Below, in pieces: positions 1-10,341 of a stretch of DNA of 64,000 nucleotides (position 1 is the first letter of the stretch; every line of letters begins with the position of its first letter). The DNA is from a bacterium. GTDB taxonomy: Bacteria > SAR324 > NAC60-12. Below the pieces are notes generated by a model, which was given only the letters and a program-made list of their open reading frames with translations, did not search any database and was not told the DNA's origin. Made by a program: the position numbers and the translations under genes. The DNA is taken from assembly GCA_965233585.1 (NCBI GenBank), contig CBDDTI010000747.1:896001-960000 (forward strand). The letters are read 5' to 3'.

Positions 1-1
1 C

Positions 2-169
2 ACACAAGAACTTTCTGCAAACACTCATGCTGATTACCTTGATACTCGTGTAGATCAAGCTGTGCAATCATTCTGGGAGAGTGCAGAACTTTTGTTGAAT
101 GCAGAAGAGTTGGAATACAATTTGTCTTGTTCTCATGGCAAACTGTTAGATGTGAGGCAACTTAACTGA
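2..169 (+). CDS. 3' end of a CDS entering the window (hypothetical protein, partial)
   Basis: Open frame TQELSANTHADYLDTRVDQAVQSFWESAELL...DVRQLN* from the window edge to TGA at 167-169, followed by a hairpin (ggttttgagg-ttaa-acttcaaaacc, ~197-221). Confidence 0.55.
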   Translation, partial: TQELSANTHADYLDTRVDQAVQSFWESAELLLNAEELEYNLSCSHGKLLDVRQLN

Positions 170-463
170 TATTTCACACGATGCTTCATCATGGCGGGTT
201 TTGAGGTTAAACTTCAAAACCTACCACCTTCCCTAAACTCTTAGGCTACCCCTTCATCTCTCTCATATCCTGATTTTTTGACTCCTTCCTAAAAATTCCA
301 TACCAGATTGGAATTGATGACATGACCAATCTATCAAGGCTAGTCTTAAAAGAGGGAACAATCATTGCAAAATATCATGTTTGGCTCAATTTGGATATAC
401 TCAATTTCTTTGAGTATAATAACACCTGCCTATGGCTTCAAAGTGTTATGAGCTTAGAATGGA

Positions 464-3214
464 TTGATTAAACCTAGTTTAGACAATATGCAACTTGCCT
501 CTATATTGAAAAAACATACCTCCATACCTAGAGAAAGCAGAATAGAGTTGATCAATTCTTTTAGGGAAGGGCAACAAAACTTTGAAACCATCAACAACGC
601 CCGAATGGACATTGCCTTTACTTCATTTTCCCAAGAAATGAAGTATGCCTTGTTTGAGACACTCTTTTTTTTACATGTCAACGATGAACAATTCAGCCAA
701 TGGAAATACAAAGCCACCCATATTGAAAGGGTACAAGGCTCAGTTCGCACGACTTCCAGAGCCACTGAAACCAGTTTATATTTACAGGATTGCCCTGCAG
801 GGATCAACGGAATTTCAGAAATGCCAGAGATTTTTCAAGATGAGTTTTTAGCATACTGTCAAAGCGTGTTCAAAGTAGTCCCTAGTGACTTTGAGTATGT
901 AGATGCCATGCCTTTTCAAAGTATTTCTTCTCTTGGTTCAGTCGGGACAGTAGGACACAAGACAGAAAAATCAGACCTAGATTTACAAATCCTCTATGAT
1001 TTATCTCCTTTTCAGTATGATTTAGATGAATGGGATAATCACGAGTTGCGTCAAGCCATTCAAGGAGAAATAGAGGAAGAAGTTCGCCATTTGTGTGCCA
1101 AAAAAAATATCCTCTACAAAGTTTTAAAAAAGAATAAAAAAACCTACGAAAAGCTGAAAAGTCAGAGCGTCTTAGTGATTGCCAAAAAATATCCCTATTG
1201 CTACCAGTATCTCATTCAAAATAAGCCTGTCTTTCAAAACCAAAACGCTCAAACAATTAGAAAGCTGTATAATTTTTTGGGATTGGAGTTAATGCAACTC
1301 ATCACGATTGCCTATCAACGCAAGTATGCCAAGGTGTTAGCCCAACAAGAACAGCTGATCAAAAAGCGGCTGGCAATGATTCAAGAATATATCCAAAACA
1401 AATTTCCAACAGCAGAGATTTATTTGTTTGCATGTAGCTGTGAATCCTTTCGTCAAGGGCAACACGGCACAACACTAGAATCTAAGGAAGCATCAGGTTC
1501 TGCATACGAGCTGATTTTAAATTATGAGGTCTTGGTGCCCGGTATTCAGTTTTCGCCAAACCTCCCCTTACATTTTCTAATCTCCAAAAAATTTAACAAC
1601 TCAGACACATTCTACCAAAGAATTGTTGACTATCTTCGTTTTTCTTGCGTTCGTATTGACGACAAGCTCACACACCGCCTAGTAGATACGGGGGCAACTC
1701 CAACCTTAAAACTCAATTACGTCCTGAGTCATGTAGGTGCAGTGTATTGGGAGTCTTTTAAGGCATCATCAGGAAATCTACCCAAAGCACTACTCAATTT
1801 GCTCAGGATAGAGTCTTTGCATGACTCCAAGTATCTTTACACTGTCATTGAATTTACGAAATACCCTGAACTTTTTGAAAAATTGATTCAAGAAACAGGG
1901 CTTGATTTTCCCCATGCCAACTCCAACTATAGCCACGGCATCTCATTACAAAGATTATTAAAAATAGAGCAATTCTTGCCAGCTTTGAGGTTTGACCCAT
2001 GGTGGATTAAATTCAAAATACTCAAAGTCTTTTATAACGACCCCAACGTTCAGATTGACAACTCTGAACGGCGCCTAGTTTATCGCACGATTGATTTATG
2101 TATGGCATTGCATGTTCAGCTTTCTGATGCGTTTCATCTGAAAGCTGCCTTCACTTATCGGGAGAAGTTTTTAAAAATCTTTCTCCAAGAAGCATTCCCT
2201 GAAGGTTCGTCTCCCCGACAGACCTTTGACCTTTTAGCCAGAGGAGACATTCAAACAATCAATCTTTTTGAAAAAGAACTGCATTCTATCTTTGCAAATT
2301 GCATGGACCGCATCCACCGCTGGATTGCGATTTATGACATTCCAGATGGCAGTAATCAAGAAGAATTTGAAATTTGGTTTCATTATTATCAAAAAAATTT
2401 TGAAACGTCTGAGAAGGAAGTCAAAAGGAATATCCTCTCTCATCTCCGCGTTCCCCGTGAAAAAATTAGAGTCCACTATGAAAATACTAGAAGGCGGGGG
2501 AATTGGGTGTTTTATGCAACTTCTCTGACTCAAAACCTTCCAAAACAACAAAAAAAACAGCAAGACTACATTCCGCATGAAATTGACCTCACTTACAGCA
2601 TGAGCTTTCTCAAAGGCTTAGCTTACTGCATTGTCAATGGATACTACGGCGTTGTTTATTCTGGCTCTTTAAAGGAAAGTGTCACCAAGTTTGAGATTAA
2701 TTTGGGGTCTATCAATTTACCAGATATGATTGACAACAACTGGTCTCGCATTGACTCTGACGTAGCCGAAAGGCTTGTCCAGTCTATCTCCGACTTCTTT
2801 CCTTATCGTAAAATTCACTACATGGACTGTATTAAAGGAAACTATCAAATCACTAACATTTTTTTCTGTCTCAATTTGTTTAAATTTGGCAGAATTTCTA
2901 TGCTGTACAGGGATTCACTCCAACGTTGGTCTATTGAAGAATATGACCATGAAAATATTGCCATGAATGCACAAGAATATTACGACAGCCCCTACGATTT
3001 ACTGGCTCATAAAGACTTAACAAGTACCATTCAGGGGTTTGCACTAGAGCATCAGATTTCCCTAAAAGACAAAAAAGTGAAGTTCAAATTTTGGTACAAT
3101 CCCCAAAGCACCAAACACGTCCAATCCCTACCTATCAAAGAAAGAGAAGGGTCTTTAGCCTATCATTTAGAAGAAGCGGTCTTAACTATTATTGACAAAC
3201 TTGAAAATGCCTGA
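464..3214 (+). CDS. Class I adenylate cyclase-like nucleotidyltransferase (916 aa)
   Basis: Pol-beta superfamily motif SSLGSVGTVGHKTEKSDLDLQI (GS...SDxD); YWESFKAS-GNLPKALLNLLRIE resembles class I AC WQLYKSIDSPYKAVLK; TTG start. Confidence 0.7.
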   Translation: MIKPSLDNMQLASILKKHTSIPRESRIELINSFREGQQNFETINNARMDIAFTSFSQEMKYALFETLFFLHVNDEQFSQWKYKATHIERVQGSVRTTSRATETSLYLQDCPAGINGISEMPEIFQDEFLAYCQSVFKVVPSDFEYVDAMPFQSISSLGSVGTVGHKTEKSDLDLQILYDLSPFQYDLDEWDNHELRQAIQGEIEEEVRHLCAKKNILYKVLKKNKKTYEKLKSQSVLVIAKKYPYCYQYLIQNKPVFQNQNAQTIRKLYNFLGLELMQLITIAYQRKYAKVLAQQEQLIKKRLAMIQEYIQNKFPTAEIYLFACSCESFRQGQHGTTLESKEASGSAYELILNYEVLVPGIQFSPNLPLHFLISKKFNNSDTFYQRIVDYLRFSCVRIDDKLTHRLVDTGATPTLKLNYVLSHVGAVYWESFKASSGNLPKALLNLLRIESLHDSKYLYTVIEFTKYPELFEKLIQETGLDFPHANSNYSHGISLQRLLKIEQFLPALRFDPWWIKFKILKVFYNDPNVQIDNSERRLVYRTIDLCMALHVQLSDAFHLKAAFTYREKFLKIFLQEAFPEGSSPRQTFDLLARGDIQTINLFEKELHSIFANCMDRIHRWIAIYDIPDGSNQEEFEIWFHYYQKNFETSEKEVKRNILSHLRVPREKIRVHYENTRRRGNWVFYATSLTQNLPKQQKKQQDYIPHEIDLTYSMSFLKGLAYCIVNGYYGVVYSGSLKESVTKFEINLGSINLPDMIDNNWSRIDSDVAERLVQSISDFFPYRKIHYMDCIKGNYQITNIFFCLNLFKFGRISMLYRDSLQRWSIEEYDHENIAMNAQEYYDSPYDLLAHKDLTSTIQGFALEHQISLKDKKVKFKFWYNPQSTKHVQSLPIKEREGSLAYHLEEAVLTIIDKLENA

Positions 3215-4745
3215 CTCTCAAGAACACATTGCCAAAATTCGCAAAGAACTTGGTCTTTTTTTTCAGAAGGTGAAAGAACGTTATGGTCTTGTCATTAGTG
3301 CATACGACTACCAATATCTTGAAAAAAGCAACTATGACCAGTCAAAAATCAATGGCATTTGTCGTAAGTATGAGCTGGCAACAGAGTTTTTGGCAAAGTA
3401 TGATTCATCAAATGTCAGGCAAACGATTAAAGAGTTGCTCAATCGTCCTGTCCAGTCTAGCATTCCCGTTTTCAGCCGTCTGTCTGCTTTGTTTGATGTG
3501 TATCAAGCAGGCTGGCTGAACCAAGAGCAGTTTAATAAACTCCATTTTCACATCATCAACAACGTCACAGCCTACAATGCCTTTCATAATTTAAAACATG
3601 AGATTGAAGAAGAAAATTTGCCACGTCACAGCTTTTCTGAATACTTAGACAGCGGGCTATTTGAACAAGGAGTTTACACTCTCTACAAAAGCACCAATGA
3701 CCAACTTCAAGAACTCTGCCAGAAAATCAAAGACAAAGTCCAATCTCAATACCAACTCCCTTTCTCTGAAAAAGATGAAGACTTTGTCCTCAATAACAGA
3801 ATGAGAAATGAACATGTGATTCATCAAATTGTCATACCCAAATACCGAGAAGCCCACCATATCCAAACGATTTTAGGTCAAGATTATCTGACAGACCAAA
3901 TTCATCATCTGCTTCATCTGCCTTTCAATGAAGGACTTCCTATTTTGAAAAGAATCACTGCCCTTGCTCAGTGGACAGACCAAGGCTATTTGAGCATTTT
4001 GCTCACACAGTTCTACCATGAATCCTACCTCCATGACATGGACGCCTTAGAAGATTTATTTGTCTTTTTAGAGATGTTAAGCGAGCAAATTAGCCAGCAA
4101 AGAGCCATTCATTACCTAGAAATGGGATTGTATCAAACATTTAACAAAGAGTTTTTTGAGGATTTTTTGCAGATGGAACACATCTTTTATGACGCACAAG
4201 ACCACCTCAGAGACAGCATTACAGAATATGTCAACATCCTCAAAACATCAGGAAATAACAAACTTTTAATTACAAATGCAAGACTTTCCAGTTGCTTCTT
4301 TAAATTTAGAAAATGTGTTCAGTCACTCAATGAAAATATAGAAATCCCTCATATCCAACGTTTTGAAAAAAAACTTTCTCAATACCTGACAGAATTTACA
4401 GCATACTACGACCGATATTATTCCAAAAATCTATCACTCCCCACACAAAAACCCTATGGAGCAATCAATCTCATCAGTAGTTTTATTAAAATCTACACAT
4501 CTATTGAGAATGAATCTCTTCTTAAAAATAGTATTTTCTTAGCAAAGCAATTTCAAAAAATTCTGGCAAAAGACTACACCAAATCTGATTACAAAGAAAT
4601 GTTTATGAAGCGGTATCAAGAACGTTTAAGATACGTCCAGATTGCAGTGCAGTCCCCTGCCAATTCCCCCAAAGCTATTGCCAAGTTAATTCCCCTAGAC
4701 TCCAGCCCTTCATACACTCTTGCTAAATTCTTGAAGAAGAAATAA
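3207..4745 (+). CDS. Hypothetical helical protein (~512 aa), overlapping the end of the upstream cyclase-like gene
   Basis: Long ORF; in-frame ATG at 3207 overlaps the end of 464..3214; no recognisable motif. Confidence 0.75.
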   Translation: MPDSQEHIAKIRKELGLFFQKVKERYGLVISAYDYQYLEKSNYDQSKINGICRKYELATEFLAKYDSSNVRQTIKELLNRPVQSSIPVFSRLSALFDVYQAGWLNQEQFNKLHFHIINNVTAYNAFHNLKHEIEEENLPRHSFSEYLDSGLFEQGVYTLYKSTNDQLQELCQKIKDKVQSQYQLPFSEKDEDFVLNNRMRNEHVIHQIVIPKYREAHHIQTILGQDYLTDQIHHLLHLPFNEGLPILKRITALAQWTDQGYLSILLTQFYHESYLHDMDALEDLFVFLEMLSEQISQQRAIHYLEMGLYQTFNKEFFEDFLQMEHIFYDAQDHLRDSITEYVNILKTSGNNKLLITNARLSSCFFKFRKCVQSLNENIEIPHIQRFEKKLSQYLTEFTAYYDRYYSKNLSLPTQKPYGAINLISSFIKIYTSIENESLLKNSIFLAKQFQKILAKDYTKSDYKEMFMKRYQERLRYVQIAVQSPANSPKAIAKLIPLDSSPSYTLAKFLKKK

Positions 4746-5337
4746 CCTCCACGAATTCCTCTAGCAAAGCATGGTCTTTGACCCCTTTAGACGACTCTAC
4801 TCCTCCGCAAACATCTACGGCAAAAGGTCTCACTTCTCGCATCGCATCTCTTACATTTTTAGGATTTAATCCCCCTGCTAAAAAGATTTTTTTAAATGAC
4901 GTCAGCTTTTTGGCAAGATTCCAATCTGCTTGTTGCCCTGTCCCCCCATACAATCCTTGAACCACTCCATCTAGCAAAAGATAATCCCCCCGATAGCACG
5001 TCACATCTTCTATTTGTGTGTTAGGAAAAGACCTTACAGCCTTAAACGCCTTCACATTCAATGCTTGTAAATCTTCTGCTGTCTCATCACCGTGCAGTTG
5101 AGCATACTGCAAACCAGTCTCTTGAAGAATCTGTTCTACCTCATCGTTTGACGTGTTCACAAACACTCCAACAGTTTTGACAGAATCGTCAACTCCTTTC
5201 AGTAATTCCTTAATTTGAGAAGGAGTCACATAACGAGGAGACTTTTGATAGCAGTTAAACCCAAGCCATTCTACTTGAAGCTGTAGGCACTTTTTCACAT
5301 CCTCATGCCTTGTTAATCCACAAATTTTAATCTGCAT
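4723..5337 (-). CDS. trpF: Phosphoribosylanthranilate isomerase
   Basis: MQIKICGLT, SPRYV, VGVFVN, QLHGDE, GGTG, LAGGLNPKNV, VDVCGGVES motifs. Confidence 0.95.
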   Translation of the reverse strand: MQIKICGLTRHEDVKKCLQLQVEWLGFNCYQKSPRYVTPSQIKELLKGVDDSVKTVGVFVNTSNDEVEQILQETGLQYAQLHGDETAEDLQALNVKAFKAVRSFPNTQIEDVTCYRGDYLLLDGVVQGLYGGTGQQADWNLAKKLTSFKKIFLAGGLNPKNVRDAMREVRPFAVDVCGGVESSKGVKDHALLEEFVEVISSSRI

Positions 5338-5477
5338 GTTTTGGTCATTCAATCCAAGTTACAAAATTCCTCAATCTCTCATACTTTTGACAAAAAGTAA
5401 AGTCGTTCTTGTTCAGCTTCTATGAAGTTTAGAACACTCTTTGCAAGACCAAAACAATCATCTTCAATAAAAAATCC

Positions 5478-5506
5478 TTGCATGTATTCTTCATTGTATG
5501 TATAAT
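5478..5506 (+). promoter_or_regulatory. Sigma70-like promoter of lipoprotein gene 1
   Basis: TTGCAT-N17-TATAAT with TG extension; a homologous TTGCAC-N17-TATCAT precedes the paralog (50050-50078, minus); AGGAGG RBS before the start. Confidence 0.7.
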
Positions 5507-5568
5507 TTTCTCTTTTTTCATTTTGTCGTAAATTGTCTTTTTTCGTGTTTTAGATTGAGCAGGAGGTT

Positions 5569-8500
5569 TTGATGAAATTTTTTAAAGAATGCAAAAGTCG
5601 TTTGCAGTTAGTTGGTGGTGTATTGTTTAGTCTGGTAGTGTTGTCCTCTTGCAATTCAGAAGGAGGCAAGGAAAGTGTTCAGTTGTCCATTGGTTCAGAC
5701 TCAAGCGGGTCTTCTTCCAAGTGGGACAAGGCAACGATTCGGTCAAACTATGCACTGCTTTTTAAGGCGGAAGACTACCAAACAGGGCTTTCTCTCAAAG
5801 AAGAGTTTGAAAAAGCAAGGAGTGTCCTCAGACTTGATGATGATTACTTCACCAAATTAGACTTTGAAGACACCAGCGGAAACTGGATTGTTCAAGTCAG
5901 AGGTTATGAAGAAGAAGACGTCAGTGCCGCAGAATCCGTGCGTTACGGAGTGCATCAAACTGGGATTTCTGGGAGTTTTCAGTTTAGAGAATCAGGCGTG
6001 ACAGAAGTCAAGGTCAAAATCAGACCAGCAGGCAAGCATTTTCCTATCACAGGACAACTTGCCCATCAAAGAAGCACAGGGTCAAGTTGTGCGTTTCAGC
6101 TGTCTATGTCTGGCGAACAGACTGCAAACGTCGGCAGCAGGGGTTATATCGCAGACCTTGAAATCTATGATGGAGAAGGCAAGAAACTTGGGGAAATGAG
6201 TCAGTCTGCCATGCAGTTTGACTTGATGGACTATGCTGACAGGGTTGAAAAGCTCAAAGTGAGTTTGAAAGTGAAAACGGCAGACCCAGAGACAAGCGAA
6301 AAACTGCCCATGCAAGAGTTTCAAGTCAACTGCGACCCGTTCTTGATTGCAACACTTCAAACTCTTCAAGACAGCGACAACAAGACCTTTGCCCTCAGCC
6401 CACTGCTTTTGAAAACTCAAACGCCACTGGTTGCGACTCAAACCCCGTATGATGCAAGCCATGCGTGTTCCAAACAAAAAGGAATGTTGCTTGTCTCCAA
6501 AGACAACTTCAACACTTGTGAACCTGTTGACTTGACGCCAACGCAAGATGGTCAATACCTCATCATTCCCAAGCAGTCATGGAACAGCAACCCCGTTAAA
6601 TACTCGTTGGGCGTCAGAGAAAAAGACAACCAAGCACCCACCAACTTTGGACTTAATCAAAAAACACTCATCTCTTTTGAAGCTGGAACTCAAAACACTC
6701 CTTCATCAGCTAAAGGATTGGCACTTGCCATTGCAGGCGTCAAAGCTGGCAGTGAACTGACTTTGAACTCATCAGGGCAATATGTTTACACCCCAGCCAC
6801 TGCCGACCAATGCGATGCTGTCAAGTATCAGAACAAACACGATGAGTCTTTTGTCGCTTCAGGCAATGAATGTCAGGCTTCTGCCGCTTTGAGCGGTCTG
6901 GTGGAAGACATCACCTTTGTTGACAATTCCAGAACTTTGCAAATCTCATGGAAGCAGGTGCAAGGCATGAGTTACAACATTTATCGCAGCTTGTCTTCAA
7001 GTGATTCGTTCACAAAAATTGCAACCAATGCCAGCACTCCTTACAAAGACACTTCTGTTGATGCCAACAAAACTTACAATTACCGTCTGGAGTTCTGCCA
7101 AGGCTTTGCCTGTTCTGCTCAAACTGATTCACTCACTGCCAGTGCCAGACGTTTTGTCCAGAATCCCAAAGCCACTCAAAGTTCTAGCGATACTGCTAAC
7201 TTGTCATGGGCTGTCCCTGTTGATGTGTCAAAAATCAAACATTACAAAATCTATCGTCAAAAACCAGATGGAAGTTGGGAGTTGATTCACACCACTACTG
7301 ATGCCTCAACAACCAGCTGGACAGATTCAGGATTGACTCAAGCAGGAAGTTATCAATACCGCATCTCTGCTGTCTCTGAGACAGGAGAAACTTATTTGAC
7401 AGGCGTCTCTCTCACCTTGCAAACCCAACCGACTGCTGCACCAACAGGATTAGCAGTGGTTCAAGTGTTGGGGTCAGAGACTGAAGCAAAGCTAACTTGG
7501 TCTGCCGTGACGGGGGCTACTAGTTACAACATCTATCGCGGGACGACTTCAGGCAGTGTCAACAATTTAATTCATACCGTCAATGATGGTTCAATCATTT
7601 CTTACACTAACACAGGCCTCACCAAAGGCACGACTTATTACTACAAAGTCTCTGCTGTCAATGTCATTGGAGAATCTGCCAAATCGGTTGAGAAAAGTGT
7701 GACGTTGATAGAAAAATCTGCTGCACCAACAGGCTTAGCAGTGGCTCAAGTGGTAGGGTCAGAAACACAAGCTAAACTGACTTGGAATGCCACCACGGGA
7801 GCTAACAGTTACAAAATCTATCGCAGCACTGCTTCAGGCAACGTCAACACTTCAGTTCACACCACTGCTGATGGCTCAACTACTTCTTACACTGATACAG
7901 TGCCCACCAAAGGCATCACTTATTACTACAAAATCTCTGCAATCAACATCGCTGGAGAGTCTGCTAAGTCAGTTGAGAAAAGCGTGACGTTGATAGAAAG
8001 GCCTACCATTCCAACCATCGCCAGTGCTAGCAAAGAAGCCATAGACACGGTCAAAGTGGTCTGGAATGCCGCATCATCAGCCAGCAGTTACGAATTGTAT
8101 CAAGCCACCACCACAACAGCCTCTGCTTTTCAAGTTGCTACCACAACAACAACAGCAACAACATACATCAAACATGACCTGCCAGCAGGCGATTACTATT
8201 ACAGAGTCAAAGGCTGTAATTTAGCAGGTTGCTCTGCATTGTCTGCCGCAAGTTCACTAGTCAAGATTGATATAAGCTGGGCAAAAGCCACTGCTTCAGC
8301 AGGCTGGTCAGCTCGCAATGGTCATAGCAGCGTGGTGTTCAATGGCAAAATCTGGATCATCGGAGGGAGTGATGGAAGTCTCAAAAACGATGTTTGGAGT
8401 TCTGACGATGGAGTGATTTGGACAGAAGTCACTGCCTCTGCTACCACTCCACGCTGGTCAAGTCGTTATGGTCATAGCAGTGTGGTGTTCAATGGTAAAA

Positions 8501-9897
8501 TCTGGGTCATTGGAGGGCGTGATGGAAGTAATAAAAACGATGTTTGGAGTTCTGACGATGGAGTGAATTGGACAGAAGTCACTGCCTCCGCTACCACTCC
8601 ACGCTGGTCAGGTCGTTATAGTCATAGCAGTGTGGTGTTCAATGATAAAATCTGGGTGCTAGGAGGGAACACTGTAAGTCGTCAAAACGATGTTTGGAGT
8701 TCTGACGATGGAGTGATTTGGACAGAAGTCACTGCCTCTGCTACCACTCCACGCTGGTCAGGTCGTTATAGTCATAGCAGTTTGGTGTTCAATGATAAAA
8801 TCTGGGTGCTAGGTGGCTACGATGGAGGCAATGAGAACGATGTTTGGAGTTCTGACGATGGAGTGAATTGGACAGAAGTCACTGCCTCTGCTACCACTCC
8901 ACGCTGGTCAGGTCGCTATGATCACAGCAGTTTGGTGTTCAACAATAGAATGTGGATCGTTGGCGGGAAGGGGGGAAGTCTTAAAGACGATGTCTGGGCT
9001 TCTGACAATGGGACATCTTGGACAAAAGCCACAGATTCAGCAGCTTGGTTAGGTCGTGATTATCCTAGCAGTGTAGTGTTCGACAACAAAATCTGGGTGT
9101 TAGGAGGGAGAACTTCAGGGGCAACTCGCAAAAACGATGTCTGGGTTTCTGCTAACGCAAGTCTTGTGTCTAAAATGCAGGACCCAACAGGCAAAGCCTA
9201 TGGACGTTCTGTTTTGAAGTTAGAGACCAACCACACGTTGGTCTCTCAAAGCACCAGAGGTGCTTGCTCCACAACGGCAAACACCTTGCTTGTCTCTGCT
9301 GATGGCTTTGTCAACTGCGATGCTGTCTTTGTCAAAAAAGGACATAACACAAATCATGTTGTCATTCCCAAAGAAACTTGGAAGCTCAATGCAACTTATG
9401 AAATTGGGATTATGACCAGCATCGGAGCAAAACCTGTCAAAGACGTTACTGGCAACGTCCTTTCATTCACCACTAACAATGACACCCATGACTCTACCAA
9501 TCCCATCAAAAATTTTGATGTTGGCGGATTCAGCAAGCTCAAAGATGATGACTTCCATCTGGACAAAGACGGCAAACTCTGGTTCTATCGCAACGAAGGC
9601 AATACCTTACGAAGGTACAATGCCAATACTTGCAAAAACATGTTCGGTTACCAAAATGTCAACTCTCAAAACTTCACTCCTGAAATCACCAATGCAGGAG
9701 GTAGAACACTAGCCAAAGATGTGTTGGGTAGTGGTTCAAAGCATTATCTAGTTGGTAATAGAACCATATCCTCTGTTTTTATAAGGAGTATCACAACTGG
9801 CTCATCCACTGATAAGACTATAGGGTTGGATCACGATAAATTGTTCTTTTATTTATGTGGTGTAGAGATTCCTGATCGTTCCGTAGCGTTTTTTTAG
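5569..9897 (+). CDS. Giant surface lipoprotein: lipobox, ~5 Fn3 domains, 6 Kelch-like repeats, variable C-terminal domain with two Cys (paralog 1)
   Basis: LSSC lipobox; Fn3 signatures (LTW...YNIYR...YYYKVSAVN); repeats WSGRYSHSSVVFNDKIWVLGG..NDVWSSDDG; ATG at 5572. Confidence 0.85.
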   Translation: MMKFFKECKSRLQLVGGVLFSLVVLSSCNSEGGKESVQLSIGSDSSGSSSKWDKATIRSNYALLFKAEDYQTGLSLKEEFEKARSVLRLDDDYFTKLDFEDTSGNWIVQVRGYEEEDVSAAESVRYGVHQTGISGSFQFRESGVTEVKVKIRPAGKHFPITGQLAHQRSTGSSCAFQLSMSGEQTANVGSRGYIADLEIYDGEGKKLGEMSQSAMQFDLMDYADRVEKLKVSLKVKTADPETSEKLPMQEFQVNCDPFLIATLQTLQDSDNKTFALSPLLLKTQTPLVATQTPYDASHACSKQKGMLLVSKDNFNTCEPVDLTPTQDGQYLIIPKQSWNSNPVKYSLGVREKDNQAPTNFGLNQKTLISFEAGTQNTPSSAKGLALAIAGVKAGSELTLNSSGQYVYTPATADQCDAVKYQNKHDESFVASGNECQASAALSGLVEDITFVDNSRTLQISWKQVQGMSYNIYRSLSSSDSFTKIATNASTPYKDTSVDANKTYNYRLEFCQGFACSAQTDSLTASARRFVQNPKATQSSSDTANLSWAVPVDVSKIKHYKIYRQKPDGSWELIHTTTDASTTSWTDSGLTQAGSYQYRISAVSETGETYLTGVSLTLQTQPTAAPTGLAVVQVLGSETEAKLTWSAVTGATSYNIYRGTTSGSVNNLIHTVNDGSIISYTNTGLTKGTTYYYKVSAVNVIGESAKSVEKSVTLIEKSAAPTGLAVAQVVGSETQAKLTWNATTGANSYKIYRSTASGNVNTSVHTTADGSTTSYTDTVPTKGITYYYKISAINIAGESAKSVEKSVTLIERPTIPTIASASKEAIDTVKVVWNAASSASSYELYQATTTTASAFQVATTTTTATTYIKHDLPAGDYYYRVKGCNLAGCSALSAASSLVKIDISWAKATASAGWSARNGHSSVVFNGKIWIIGGSDGSLKNDVWSSDDGVIWTEVTASATTPRWSSRYGHSSVVFNGKIWVIGGRDGSNKNDVWSSDDGVNWTEVTASATTPRWSGRYSHSSVVFNDKIWVLGGNTVSRQNDVWSSDDGVIWTEVTASATTPRWSGRYSHSSLVFNDKIWVLGGYDGGNENDVWSSDDGVNWTEVTASATTPRWSGRYDHSSLVFNNRMWIVGGKGGSLKDDVWASDNGTSWTKATDSAAWLGRDYPSSVVFDNKIWVLGGRTSGATRKNDVWVSANASLVSKMQDPTGKAYGRSVLKLETNHTLVSQSTRGACSTTANTLLVSADGFVNCDAVFVKKGHNTNHVVIPKETWKLNATYEIGIMTSIGAKPVKDVTGNVLSFTTNNDTHDSTNPIKNFDVGGFSKLKDDDFHLDKDGKLWFYRNEGNTLRRYNANTCKNMFGYQNVNSQNFTPEITNAGGRTLAKDVLGSGSKHYLVGNRTISSVFIRSITTGSSTDKTIGLDHDKLFFYLCGVEIPDRSVAFF
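8275..9150 (+). repeat. Six coding tandem repeats (mostly 150-bp period) forming a Kelch-like propeller
   Basis: gtgttcaa/gtgttcga anchor recurs at ~8335, 8485, 8635, 8785, 8935, 9076; central units nearly identical at DNA level. Confidence 0.9.
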
Positions 9898-10262
9898 GTT
9901 GGACGTTTCAATTCCCCTTCTGTGAAGGTCAACAAACCAGAGGCTTGTTGCTGGCAGGCAACGCCTGACGGGGTAGTCTTCGCTTTTCGTCATTGCTGAC
10001 CTTGACCATTCGTCATTGCGGGCTTGACCCGCAATCTCTCTTTTTTTCTTCAAACACAGGACAAACACTTGGGTTTGTCCCTACGTTTTGACTTGCGTGC
10101 GTCTCCTTGTCATTCCTGCGAAAGCCCCGAATCCAGTCAATTTAGTAATCCATGCTTGGTTTGATGATAGATTCCGTGTCAAGCACGGAATGACTGAGGG
10201 ATTTTGCAGGCGTGTCTTTTTGTCATTGTGGGCTTGACCCGCAATCTCCTTTGTCTTTTGTC
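9890..10262. repeat. Conserved multi-hairpin 3' element plus REP-like palindrome cluster
   Basis: 9890-9974 is identical to the reverse complement of 46188-46273; also gtcattgcgggcttgacccgcaatctc, GTAG REP (10057-10084, minus) and gattccgtgtcaagcacggaatgac. Confidence 0.85.
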
Positions 10263-10341
10263 TTCTTTCTCACTCTTTTTTTCAAAAATCTGTTAGACTG
10301 AGTGTGTTTAAACTTAATAATCTTCAATTGGAGAGGTACAA

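Noticed and set aside
9590..9974. Diversity-generating retroelement variable region
   Set aside because: No reverse transcriptase or template repeat is in the window. Differences between the paralog tips include indels and all base types, not adenine-specific substitutions.
9853..10068. Small ORFs in repeat regions (9853-10068, 10871-11272, 19942-20235, 38766-38996, 44294-44910, 45552-46393)
   Set aside because: These are translations of palindromic repeats or shadow frames; their mutual similarity reflects the DNA repeats.
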